64,000 nucleotides of DNA from Raillietiella orientalis (Eukaryota). The notes below the pieces were generated by a model, which had not been told where the DNA came from, ran no database searches, and saw only the letters and a list, made by a program, of their open reading frames with translations. The position numbers and the translations under genes are program-made. This document shows, piece by piece, positions 23,953-36,600 of this stretch (position 1 is its first letter; each line of letters begins with the position of its first letter). The DNA lies in the NCBI GenBank assembly GCA_036172245.1, contig JAYWIR010000001.1, positions 9,300,001 through 9,364,000 of the forward strand. Direction: 5' to 3'.

Positions 23953-25981
23953 GTTCAGCCGATGTCTTGGCGAAAATATAGTGCTGGTATTTACTGATAT
24001 GGAAAAAGCTTTTGATACCATAGATCATGAGATGTTACTAAAGATATTGGGAAAACTAGGCCTTCCGGAATACTGTAGTAATTTCGTGAAGACAATACTT
24101 CAAAACCAATATTTTCGAATCAAAATCAATGGGGAAAAGACGGCAGCAATTAGGATGGAACGGGGAGTCCGACAGGGCGACTCACGAAGCCCAATGCTGT
24201 TCGTCATTTACATGGAAGCATTGTCCTGCTGCATCGAAAGAAGTGAAGCTTTGCGGGGAATTACCACAGACGGACAAAAATTGACACATTTAGCCTATGC
24301 AGATGATCTTGTGTTTTTCATCAAAGGAGAACAACAAAAAGCGCTCCTTAATATGATGGAAGCAATGGAGAGAGGACTGGGCCTAAAAATCAATGGCCAG
24401 AAAAGTCAACTATTACCTGTAGGAATCCTTGACCTTTCCGTACTCACGGGGAAGGGATTTCCAACAGTGGATGCGGCCAAATATCTAGGAGTCCACATTG
24501 GCGATGAATCCGCTTCAAAGCTTCTGTGGACAGAAATCTTAGAGAAAATGGCAAAAGAGGCAACGAAGTACACGACCCTGAAGTTCGAAATAAAAAGGAA
24601 AACAAATCTATGGAATGGAGTGCTCCTCCCAAAAGCATTATTTGGGGCAGCGTTCCATAGAGTAAACAGGGAAACAACGAGAGAATTGGAGAAGATACAG
24701 CGGAAAGCGCTATGGGGAACATATCGCCCTAGGGTTAGACTGAAAACTTTGTATCGTCCCAAGGAAGAAGGGGGAACAGGAATGAAGTCACTTGCTTATG
24801 CCATAGAAATCATGGACATGCGGCACATCCTGGAGGTCGCCGTCCAATGGTACAACTGGCCACACGCAGCGCACAGAGCATACTCCATGATGCTTAACAA
24901 CTCGAAAGGTTTAATGACTGCATTGTTAGGTCGAGCAGAATGATTTCTCATTGACCCTACCTGGAGAAGAAAGCAGCGATCGGTGCGAAAACATCAACTA
25001 GAAATCGTACCTAGAAGCAAGGAAATCTGGCAGGAAGAATCCATTGTGGTAATCCCATGGATGCTTCGAATACCACAAGACACGAGAAGCTGGATCTACC
25101 AGCGAGCCAGTTACCTTCCAACGAATCCAGGAATGGAGGAGAGGAGGATACCGACATCACACTCGTATACTTCGGTATACAGAGATGATGTTAGGGCGGT
25201 ATACTCATAGGACATGCGAAGTGTGGATAAACCACAATGACTTCGCGTGGTCCAGGGTAACAAAGCAGAACCTCCGGAAAACTATAAAGGAGCAAGAACA
25301 AGATACGAGTGCTCTCCAGGAAGCTGCTGATCGCTACGGGAGTGATAGAATCAACCTGTTTGCGATAGGTACAACAATATGGAGAAGTGACCTTCCACCA
25401 GGTGCCCAGGATAACCTCCTGATGTTTCATCACGGAGGAATTCTCAGTGGAGCAAGACTGAAATACTTCACTGGAAAAAGGGCAGACGAAGATTGCCAGG
25501 CATGCGGAGATATAGACACGAGGTTACATATCTTGACGTGTCCCGCACTGCTCAGAGATTGGCTGATCCTAAAAAGGATCATTGGAAGAAATACCAGTAC
25601 CGTAATGGAAATTCTTGCAGGGATGTTCCAGGGGACTGGAAATGTTCCCTCCTATAACCCCGTGGTGAGAATAACCATTGCCCTCTTCATCACCGCCATA
25701 TTAGTACGGTGGCGGAAGAAGAGGAAAGGTGTAAAAGTCGGAAAACCAATGGAGATTTTGCAAGGCCTTATCCAGAAAGAGACAGAAATCAGAAATTATG
25801 GCAGAATTCAGGCTTGGACGTACCGATATATCCTGAAGAGGATTGAGGATGACGCCCGGGAAACAGCAGGAAGGAATGCAACATAAAGGTAGAATGTTTC
25901 GCGAAAAGACGAAAAGAATGTAAGTGGAAAGTATTTAAAGTAGAATAAATTTAATTCTCCCCTTGTGGGACTTGGGGAAAA
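23953..25981 (+). mobile_element. L1/Tx1-like LINE family B, 3' half (RT core, zinc-binding domain, 3' UTR)
   Basis: DMEKAFDTIDH, GVRQGD, YADD (24296-24307), KYLGV, EGGTG and CQACGDIDTRLHILTC. Stop at 24941-24943 and a later frameshift. Ends ccccttgtgggacttggggaaaa. Confidence 0.93.
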
Positions 25982-26029
25982 TCGAAAGCTTTACGCAAAT
26001 CGACAGCGACCTCAAGGGCTCAGGGCGCC

Positions 26030-26470
26030 ACTTCTCTCCGTCCGCCTCCCTCCCTCCGGTCAGTGGAGAGTCCAGAACTCTCCCGACCTAGCTGCGCCTC
26101 GCGTTGTTGCAACTGCCACCAGCTGCTGGCGAGAAACAGGTTGGCCTCCATGGTTCGTCCGGGAACAGCGTAAGTCTGTTCCGGACTGACCACGGATTCC
26201 GATACCCGTCCCACTCGCTCAGCCCAGAGCTTGGCAAGCAACTTCGCGTCCGAATTCACTACAGTGATGGGACGCCAGTTGCCAACGATGCTCAAGTCTC
26301 CTCCCTTGGCGAGGAGACGTACTCTTGCTGACCGGAACGAGTTGGGGACATCTCCACGTTCACGGATCAGCGTGCATAGTTGGTGCACTAGGAGGACGAG
26401 CTCTGACGCGAAGCATTGATAGAACTCCGCGGGCGGGCCATCTTCCCCTGGGGCTTTATGCTTTCTTAAT
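26030..26470 (-). mobile_element. Inverted family-A RT fragment
   Basis: KAPGEDGPPAEFYQCFASEL...NWRPITVVNSDAKL...SPEQTYAVPGRTME, a diverged homolog of about 23335-23690. Confidence 0.9.
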
Positions 26471-26748
26471 TTCCACTTTCTTAACTTCCTCCTCTGATAC
26501 ACCACACCGTACATACGGTGACCACTAGTCAGGAGAACTACAGCATCCGAACTGTGTCCTGCTTCCAGCAGATAGGCCACTGCTAGGAAAGAGGCGAAAC
26601 AAGATACACCGTCCTTCAGAGTTCATGGTCTAATTTACCCTTTGCAATTCTCGAATCGAAATAAACTCCCCTGAGAACCCTGCGTAAATCCACCGTCCTA
26701 TATAGACTTGTGCGCTGGTGCGAGCTACTCTGAATACCTCCGGAGGAG

Positions 26749-27500
26749 GTGAAGTGGCCCCCAACGCATTGGAACAACGGCACCCTCCCTTTGGAGTGGC
26801 AGGAGACGGCGCTGCTAGTGCTCCATTGGGGACTCCTTTGCAGAGCACGCCTCTCTCATCGGACATCTGGGACTGAAGATGCCAATTGTGCAAGGTGCGG
26901 GGAACAGGATACCTTCCCCCACCTCCTAATCGAGTGTGTCTTCCTCCGCCCCATGTGGGATCGACCCTCGTCGATTGGGCACATTCCGGTGGGCGACACA
27001 AAAGACATTTTCCGTCGCCTCCTGATGCGGGACGCCCTGTCAGCAGCCGCGTGTGTTGCAGTTCTCTGCTGGATACGCGGAAACCTGGAGAAGTGGAATG
27101 CATCGAGGAGAGGACATGGAAGCCGGAACGCCATTCACTGGGCAGTCCTCTCCATGGAGAAGGCATGCCGATGGCACCGGTTAAAGGCAATTCAACCGAC
27201 ACTTGCCCGCATCCGAAACCGGATGCAGAGGACTCCTCCCGGCGAGCAGTGATCCCATCCCATTCCTCCCCACTCCATAAAACTTTGTCCCCCCGGCGTT
27301 TTTGCTTTTTTTTCTTTTGGTTTTCCCGTCCCTTTCTCCCGTGGAGAGTACCACACCGGCCAGCGGGTCGGTAAGGACAAGTGAAAAAACACTGCCAGAA
27401 CCATGTGTTCTGGAAGAAGCAATGCCAAAAGACTAAATATAATTATAATAAATATTATAAAATTTTAAAAATAAAAGCCCCGGCTTATCCGGGTGAAAAA
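26749..27500 (+). mobile_element. LINE family A 3' segment
   Basis: LVLHWGL...CARCGEQDTFPHLLIEC; terminal aataaaagccccggcttatccgggtgaaaaa. Confidence 0.88.
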
Positions 27501-30500
27501 CCCCACTTACTGGACTCAGGGTTCTCAAAACCAAGGATAGCGAGAGGACGAAACACCAAAAGTTTCACGCTTATGACATTCGTTAGATTAGAATATAGCT
27601 AAGTGCGACGTAATACTTTGAGCGAACACCGCTGAGCTCCCGACGCAGGAATGAAGCGTCCTGCTGCAATCATGAGTCATCAGATGCTTTTTTGCTGATA
27701 GCAAGCACCATGCAACGTTTCCTTAGGAATCTATAATGCAAAGGAGAATTGCATTGGATCTTTCGATTCGGGGAAAGTTTTTGCTGTGAAGAGTTGCAAT
27801 TATCTTGTGCTGCCGAGGAGGAACAGGGGCGTCCGGGAATCATGGAAAACCGAAGCCCACGTTACTGTCTGCGATAGCGTTTCCCAAACTCTGTTCCCGG
27901 GAGCACAGTGTTTCGTGAAAATTATGAAAATTAATACGTTCTGACTGCTGCGCCAAGTTGAGACGTGTTTGAAACTCTGGCGCTCCTCCCTTTGCGTGTG
28001 GATTGTGTTGTTCCCGGAACGGGGAGTGGGCGCGGCTGGAGTCCAGCTGCAAATCCCCAACTCAAGTCAGTTAGGTTAGGAATCTGTCAAAGCAACCGGA
28101 CGTCGGTTTTTCCAGCTGAACGGAAATTTCCCATGCCAGCGCTTGTTTATGAAATATATCACTGTATCGTTCCCCTTAAATACGTTAAGTTCATCATTAT
28201 TAGAAGCCTCTATTAGCACTTTGCACTGCTTTATTATAATAGATTTGAATTGACTCGCGCGAATTTTGTGGCTAAATTTTTTTTATCTTAATTTTTCTTT
28301 TATAAGAATTATAAATTACATTGAGTGTTCATTTCAGCGTTGAAGCTTTGAACTACTTTGCACTGATTTTACATATTATAATCTTATTATTTCGCAACGT
28401 TTGATCTTTGTTGTTAAACATCTTATCAAGTCAGTATTCCGTTAACATTTCAGGATTTAAGGAGTGTTCCGTCATAGGAAAAGTTTGTGAAACGCTGGTC
28501 CACGAGCTCGCGGCTCACTTCGTGCTCGCGAAATATCCGCTCCGCGCTGTCTCCAAGACTTTTGTAAGAAAGCTACCACGTTGGTGCATTGTATCTATGG
28601 GAAGAAAGCAAAGAGAGCTACACTGAGGGACCAAGAGGCACTACAGCTATTCCTACAACACAAGAAATAATGAAATCTCAAAAAATGATGACCATCAAGA
28701 AGAAGCAGACAGATGAAAAACAAAAAAGACCAGCAGACGAAGAAGAGAGAGATGGAGATGGAGCGCAGTGGTTGATGCACTCTTCTCACTGATCATCCGC
28801 CCAATATACTTCCTCCTTATATCAAAGTCCACCACCAGCCACGGCAACAGTCGCGTCCACCGTGCTACAAGGGCCCCTTGACCTCCCCAATGCGAACACA
28901 TGCCGAAGGCGACAAAAAATTCCGCTTCCGTTCTGGAACTACCAAATTCTGTTTGACACGACACCATCCCCGTCTCCAACATCTCCAGCAACACTCTAGT
29001 TCGCCGACGGAATCGGTCGTGCAGAAAAAAAAACCATTCCCAGAAAAAACTGCACCTTCATAAAAAAATACATTCCATCTTCATTCCAGCGAACATTCAG
29101 ATAGAACTCAGGCTAAAAATGCCATTCACCGAGTTCCTAAGGTGAGACAAGGAAAAACCGCTATAAACTCTTCCAATGGCTAAGAAGCGCAGTCATGTTT
29201 CACCAGGAATTCCACAGATCTGTCAGGCTCAAACCAACACTTCATGTACTCGTCATCCTATACGAAGCCCGACTCCACCGCCTTGGGCATGGATAAATGA
29301 AAAACCACCACTCTCTGTATTCAGCAAGGAAACAACCCAATGGTTCACCAACGAATACTCGGATGCAATGCAACTTCAGCAACCCTCGCAATGGTAGACG
29401 CACGTCATTTGCAAAGTCCGTGCATTCCAGACAAATCGCGGAGTTCTCAGTGCACCAACCCATTTTTATGTAAAGAGTTTCCACGAAACAGCCACTTGGG
29501 AAAGTTGCACTTAAGTTCAGTGAACACCAAGTTGCAAATCATGGCGGAAACACTGTCTTGTAGCTTTCACCTTGAATACGAATATGAAAATCAGGAGCAG
29601 CAATGTACATTTCTCGATGAACATTCAGGGATTTCTACTTGCGTTAAACAATCAGCATTAGGTGTCAAATACACTCGCAAACATACTCAGTACACACCAG
29701 CAAATGCAAAAATTGTACCAAGGCAACATCTCGAATCTTCCGGTTCCAAAAAAAAACTCCATACTCAGCAGCACGCGAAATACTCTTTTCCAAATACCAA
29801 AAGGGAATATTCCGAGTACGCATAGCGAAACAAATGTGATCGTACACCACAGACAGCGTGTCCTTTGAAACAAGCCATTTGTTCAAATCCACCAAACATT
29901 CTACTGGACTACATAACGGAGTGTTGATGACTCGAAGGAGTCATCAACACAACATGCGATGTTGTGGCCGCATCAGGCAAAGAATGCTCCGTTGAATTGC
30001 CAACGTCAGCACACAAGAAAGGGACGAAATTGGAATAATAATCCGACGGAGTTCACCTTGTTACCCGCATTTGATGAGAACGGAACCAAACGGGATCCAA
30101 ATGTGTGCACAAAATCTCATGCCTTCCCGAAATGCAGAGCATCACGACTTTTCAGATACGATTTACACTGTCCACCGGCAGCTGAGCTGAGATCACTTCG
30201 ATCACTGGGCTACTAAGAATGACACTGCAATGTGATCACCAAGTACTGAACACATTATCGCATCAAGCTCCCAAGATATCGGTGAGCAAGTAGAATGTTC
30301 AAATCTGGAATGTTCCCACAGCCCCCGGGCTGACGGTTGCGCCCGGTTTCTCGTGGCCCTCTGGGCGACAGCTTCTCGAACCGACAGCGGGTTCGACATG
30401 TGAAACAGCGAGCTCATGTTGCTCCAGAAGCTGCACACGGCAAAGAATGAATACTAATAGACTGAAGAAACACCCGTACAGTGCAGAAGAGACAACCAAA

Positions 30501-30696
30501 AAGTACATTGATATAAATAAGGAAGACCGTTTCTAGTGTTTTTAGGCACTGTTTTTTTTTTTTTTTTTTTTAAGAAAAAGAAAACAAATTCTAATGGTTT
30601 GGCAACTGCTTCTGGTACGCAAAGACTTCATCACTTGAAATGGTGCGTCCTCTGACATCAGTTTTTGTCATTTGAAAGTGTCCTTTGTATGTCTTA

Positions 30697-33600
30697 TTAT
30701 GTAGTCGTAGAGAATATGAGAAGAACCATTTGGAATCCTGAAATCCCCGTCGTCAGTTCATTAAATAATGGAGAGTTGATGCAAATACTGAGAGAGTATT
30801 CTCCATGATACCATTGAATGAGCAACTGAGTGAGCATTGAATGAGCAACAGTATAGCAATTTACACAAATATTTTGCAAAATTTTACAAAACTGTCTAAC
30901 CTACCTACTGTTCACAGACGATGTCTGTATCCAGGAGGCATTACGGTTTCCATGGCACCATTTTCTGTGGTCTAACCGTCCAAGGTTACGTTGGTAACGC
31001 TCTCCTTGCTTACTCAGTAATTTCCAGAAAATAATTAAAGCCGACAACCTAGGTTAAAAAAAAAATCCCGTTCCACATAACCTAATATTTCCATTTTGGG
31101 CGCTACAAATCCAGGATGTTTTTCATTATTGCATATGGATGTGTGTTAAAAATGCAGGTAGTTAAATTCGGAAAATGCATCGCATTATTTCCCTCTGTTG
31201 CTCGCGAATAGAGGGAAATTGGTCATGCGGATGAATCTTTGTTTTCTTATGTGTTGAGATGAAGGGCCAGTTTACGAAAGTGGCTCGAAGTGAAAAGCGA
31301 TTTGAGAAAGCACTTGAATAGAAACAGCAGAAATACCATTATAGATACAAACTATGAAAGTACTATGTGCTCCTTCTCACTATTCAACAGAGGCGTACTT
31401 TGTCAAACTTCCTTGCTTGAAATTCAACTCTTGCAGAAAAGAGTGAATCGGATCAAACGGAAGCATCCACGACGACGCTCTAGAGGAGTGACTTACTTCC
31501 AGACTCTCAGGACAACCTCCTGGTGTTTTATCACAGAGTAATCCTAAGCTAGTCGAAGCTGAAATACTTCACGGGCCAAAGACAAGATGAGGTCTGCAGA
31601 GATGGTGGAGACATTGACACAAGACTTCACGTCTTGCCATGTCCCACGTTGCATAACGACTGGCAGACCCTGAAAAGGGTTATAGGACTGTCGAACAACT
31701 CAAGAATGGAAGTCTTGGCAGGGATGTTCCAGGGGAGCGGAAACGTCCCCTTCTACACATCCCATGGTCAGGATGACCGTTGCCCTGTTCATCACCGCCA
31801 TCCTCATCAGATGGTGGAAAATGAAGACCGCCAGTACGGCCGTATCTCCTACGGAAATCCGGAGGAGGATTATCCAGAAAGAGATTGAAATAAGAAACGG
31901 TACAGAGTGCCGGCCTGGACATACCGCCACATCCTGAGAGGATCGAGGACACCACCCAGGCCCACCCAACGCCCAACCCACCATAGTGCAGAACCCCAGT
32001 GAAGTGAAGTGTCTAGAAGTGAAATTAAAGCAAACAGTGTTGCTTTTCTATTTAGAAGATGAATGATTGAGTATGTAATGTGAATTATAAAAGAAAAACA
32101 AATTTACCCTACCCCTTGTAGGACTTGGGGAAAATCGGAAGTATCCATGAAAATTTCATCTCTAATGAATGAGTGCTTCCTCTGAAGCATTGATGAACTT
32201 TCCGTTGAAGCTTAGAAAAAACGAGAATAAATAGCTACACAGGCCTCAGAGTTAGCTGAAAAATTTTCTTCTGAGAAATCTGAAAGATTCGATGCAAAAA
32301 GACATTCCTGCAATCTTTATGATTTGGAGAGCTCTCCACCCACATCAACCAAAAGAGTCACGAACTGGTGCATGAACATGCATGAAAACACTTTCACACA
32401 GTTTAAAAGTCTTTCTACCAGAAATTCCTTTATTTGTACATGTTCTCTCCGATAAAGATTTCTCATGCTGACATACTGATGAGGGTTCCTCGTGCATCAG
32501 TAATCTACTCCTAGCAATAGATTACTTTACACTTGTTTCCATAAGTTCAAGTAGTATGAAACAAAAGCCTGGCCATTGACTTGTCAGCAAAGAATCACAC
32601 ACTTCCACAGTCATCTTTAGCTGATTCTCTGATACGTTTCTTGTTGAGACGATGTTAAAGTGCACATGGCATTCAAGTGCATGTGCTGTTACAGAAAGTT
32701 CATAATAGGCTTGGGAGAACCAGTAGCCACGTTCAATATATTCATGAACGTTAGTAAATACGCTATGCATTTGAAAAATCATTGAATGTGGCACTTCATC
32801 CAAGACATTTCCATTTCCAAGTCCCAAGGATAGGCGATTCTTTTGGTTCGACAGAATTCATCAATGAATCTTCTGTAAATTTTTTTACCTCTTCATCTAC
32901 ACCAATACACCTCTGCATTAACAGTTATGCAAAACGACAAAACGCTTCACCCCAAAAACCTGAGCAACCATTTCTAGTTTGGAGAACAAATTGAGAACTA
33001 AGAGAGGGAAATCTATTTTTTAAAAATAATACATCAAGCATGATTCCACTGCTGTTTTGGTAGCCTGTTTTGCAATGGTATCTGCAAAACAGGAGGAAGT
33101 GGAGTGGAATGCTTGCTTGATGTGGAGAATGAGTTTCAGGGGGTGGGTTGCCAAGAGAGTAGTCAGCACACAAGAGTGACTCTCCAGAAGAGGACTCCAT
33201 GCAAAACTGTCCTAGACAAAACAATCTAGGGATTAGCTGCCCATGACAACAGGTAACATATTGCAACCTCCACAATCAGACCTTCATCCATATGATGGCA
33301 TGTGGAATCATCAGTCAGGAAAATGAATATGCAACACTTTCCATACATCATGAGTGGCAAAAGCCATACTGAATTTCTATTAGCACTCTGGAATTTTTTC
33401 AAACTGTAAAGTGGAACTTGAATAGTTTTCTCAGAAAGAGGGCAAATCATGGCACACCCATTTTAGCATTCATTTCTACATAATGGACAATGAAGACATG
33501 CCCACTGGTTTCAAGCGTTATTTCTCTCGAATTCTGAGTTGGAGTACTCCATACAATTGAAAGACTTCTGCTTCCTTAGCATCATACCTTTAGGGATGTT

Positions 33601-36600
33601 TTCCTTCAGGAAAATGGTTCCAATAATTACCATTGCAGTCTGAAATTAAGAATGCCATTTTCCCAACCATCCAACTCAGCAGATTTAATCAAGTAGCATA
33701 AATATTTCAGACAAAATTCCAATGCAAGCTGTAGCACAAATAGCAACTGTTTTTGGACATTTCCACAAACGTAGCAACAAATCAAACTTCAGAAGGAAGC
33801 ATCATATCCTTCACACTGAACAAGTCCACATACATGGGAAAATTATAGTATTAAAAGCAACTAAAATCAAACTGATTTCTGCTTGGGGACAAAGTTCTTG
33901 TATGCATTTGCTTTCATGATTTGAAAGGAACCTCACCTGGAAGATACAAAAAATATTGATATACAGCCAATGGTAGAGAATACTGCATGCCATAAAATCA
34001 TTTCTGTAGCCAAAACACTCTCTGCTCATTTGCCATCTAACAAAGTAACATTTTCTTCTTGGAAAACTGAGTGGCTTTCAAAGGTAAACTTTTAACCGAT
34101 GTTGTGTGTTACCATGTATACAGTCTTGCTTAGCTCTCCCTACTCACAGAGATGAGTTCATTTCCCTTTGAACATTTGCAAAACTTTGTGGAACATGCAT
34201 GGTTTGACACTATTCTATGGTGAAATTCAGACAGTTTACTAAACAATCCATCTTTGGATGTTCATGGACAAATTGCAAGCGAATACATCAAATTCATTTT
34301 GCACAAAGAAGACTCAAATTTCCTACACATATAATTCCAAAAATGTTTGCCGGAAATTATGAGAACAAAAGATTGGTAATTCTTGTGAAAGGCATTATCC
34401 TGCAGAAAAACCGATGGGGAAACATTGAGAAATACTGATTTGTCTTCCACAACCATGTACAGTCATTTTTCTCAACAGCCATTAATGACACAATGCAAGT
34501 CATTGAAATACCGGCATACTGGACAACCTGAGAACGAAAAACACTTGCTTTTCTTTCAAAACTGCTTATCGGATCCCAGCAGCCAGGTTACTTCTGCTCA
34601 CCACGAAAAACACGTGGACCAACGACGATTCCTGCTCAATGCATTCCAGGTCTGTAAAATGTGAACCCCGACGATTGTGGCACACTGATGGCACACACCC
34701 TGCCCTTGAATGCAGATTTACCACTGAGTGCAGATGTGTACAGAGACATCCTCACACATGAGCACTGAGAGAGAGATTGGGTTCTTCGTGCAAATCATTT
34801 GAATCTTGACACCGAAATTTTCGAAAATACACACTCAGGAAAACGTCCTAATAAGCCGTGATGCACTTTCGACGCTGTCTGAAACATCCAACAAACAAAT
34901 ACAAATAGCAGAAATGCTCATACTTGGTTCCATTCTTACAGTACTAACTAGCCCTCCATAGAGTCATGTTTGACCTCGGTCGCCCGCCTCCGTTGCTGCC
35001 GAGATGGAAGTTGCGAAGGCTGAATCAAGATGTTCTCCGGCACGTGGGTGGGCGAGGCCCACCGAGCAGGACCAACCGAGGAAGCGATCCTTCACCTCAC
35101 CCCAGCTTGCAAGCTGGAGAACGAGGAGAGCTCTGATGATCTGATGATGACGGTCTGCACGTGTACGGGGCGAGTTCACCGTGAGGGTCACTTGATCCAG
35201 ACGGGCGAGGCAGGTCGCGGTCAGGTGGGCCGGTGAAGGTGAACGGGTTAGACGCTCCAGGCTGAATTCCTTCTATCCACTTAACGACTTCACCGAAAAT
35301 GGGATTTGACGAATGATATCCATACAAAGTACGAATGGTATCAAGGATCTGACGATATGTAGGATATGTAGCCATCACATAGATTGATGTCATCCACAAA
35401 CTGGACAAGCAGTAGAGAACCGAGGGTGATTTTCTACATTTACGCAGTATTGAAACGCAATCAAATAAGTACTTCCTTCTCAAGGAGCTCTTAGGCATTT
35501 AGGGGGGACCCAAGATTTTCGACTACGACCCGGAAGCCGAGAGCCGACCCCTCGACGCTGCAGCGTGACGGAAATCCGAACATCCCTCGAAATCTGCGAG
35601 GCGGTCTCGAACCGCTTCCTGCTGGGACGAGTTGCTGGATCTTCCGCTGGAACACCTGAAGGGACCCCCCGGTGCTCAGGGACACCCGAACCCTCCCCTT
35701 GAAGTTGCAGGAGTTGGCGCGATTGGTGCTGTACTGGAGTCTCCCGTGCAACGCCGGCCGTCATCACTAGACGTGGGTATTTGTGGATCAGGAACTGTGT
35801 CAGGTACGGGGAGCGTGAATCCCTCCCCCATCTGTTAGTGGACTGTGTTGCCCTCTGGGAACACTTTTCTGTGGCCCTGAGAACCCCCGGACGAAACTCC
35901 AGAGACGAATTGAAACCCCTCTTCGTTCGCGACGCCCTTCGGCCAGCGATCTCCCTGGCAGCCCTGCGCTGCCTACGTGAGATCGTCGCTGCTTGGAGTA
36001 AAGCAACGGGAGGATCCAGCGATAGAGATGCCATCCAATTCGCCGTCCTATTCATCAGGATAGCAACGCGATGGCCTCACCTGGAAAACAACATGCAGCA
36101 AGACCTTGCCGACATCCTAGAGAGGATGGACAGGACAGCCACCAGCAGACAGTGATCCCTTTCCGAACCCCCCAAAGTATATTTATTTTTATTTTTTGTT
36201 TCCTTTTTGCTCTTTTTGCTTGCATCCTTCCCTCCGCTGCCGTGGTGGACCGTACCGGTCTGCGAACCAGCGACTCGACAGGTCTCCTTTAAATTGTGCG
36301 TGGTTGGACCGCTGGTGCAACCACGCACAATTCCCGTAATATGTTTGTTTTCAATAAACGCCCCGGCGCACCTGGGTGAAAATCGAACCGCTTCTTTGTT
36401 CGTTCGCCTCCGCCGCGCTTCTGGCTTCTCTTGACAGCAGTTTTGATGTGTATCAGCCCAATTCGTTTGTTGATGATGGTTTCTGCTGCTGCTTGCATCC
36501 GTGAACGACGGCTTGTGAATGCGAACGGATGGTCGTGGAAGACCTCGCACACGCTTTTTATTTGGCGGGTTTGGCGGCTATCTCCAAGGAACCTTTCTCG

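Noticed and set aside
31470..32135. LINE insertion disrupting a coding exon
   Set aside because: An open frame runs up to the insertion, but acceptor-like sequence right after it makes an intronic position at least as likely.
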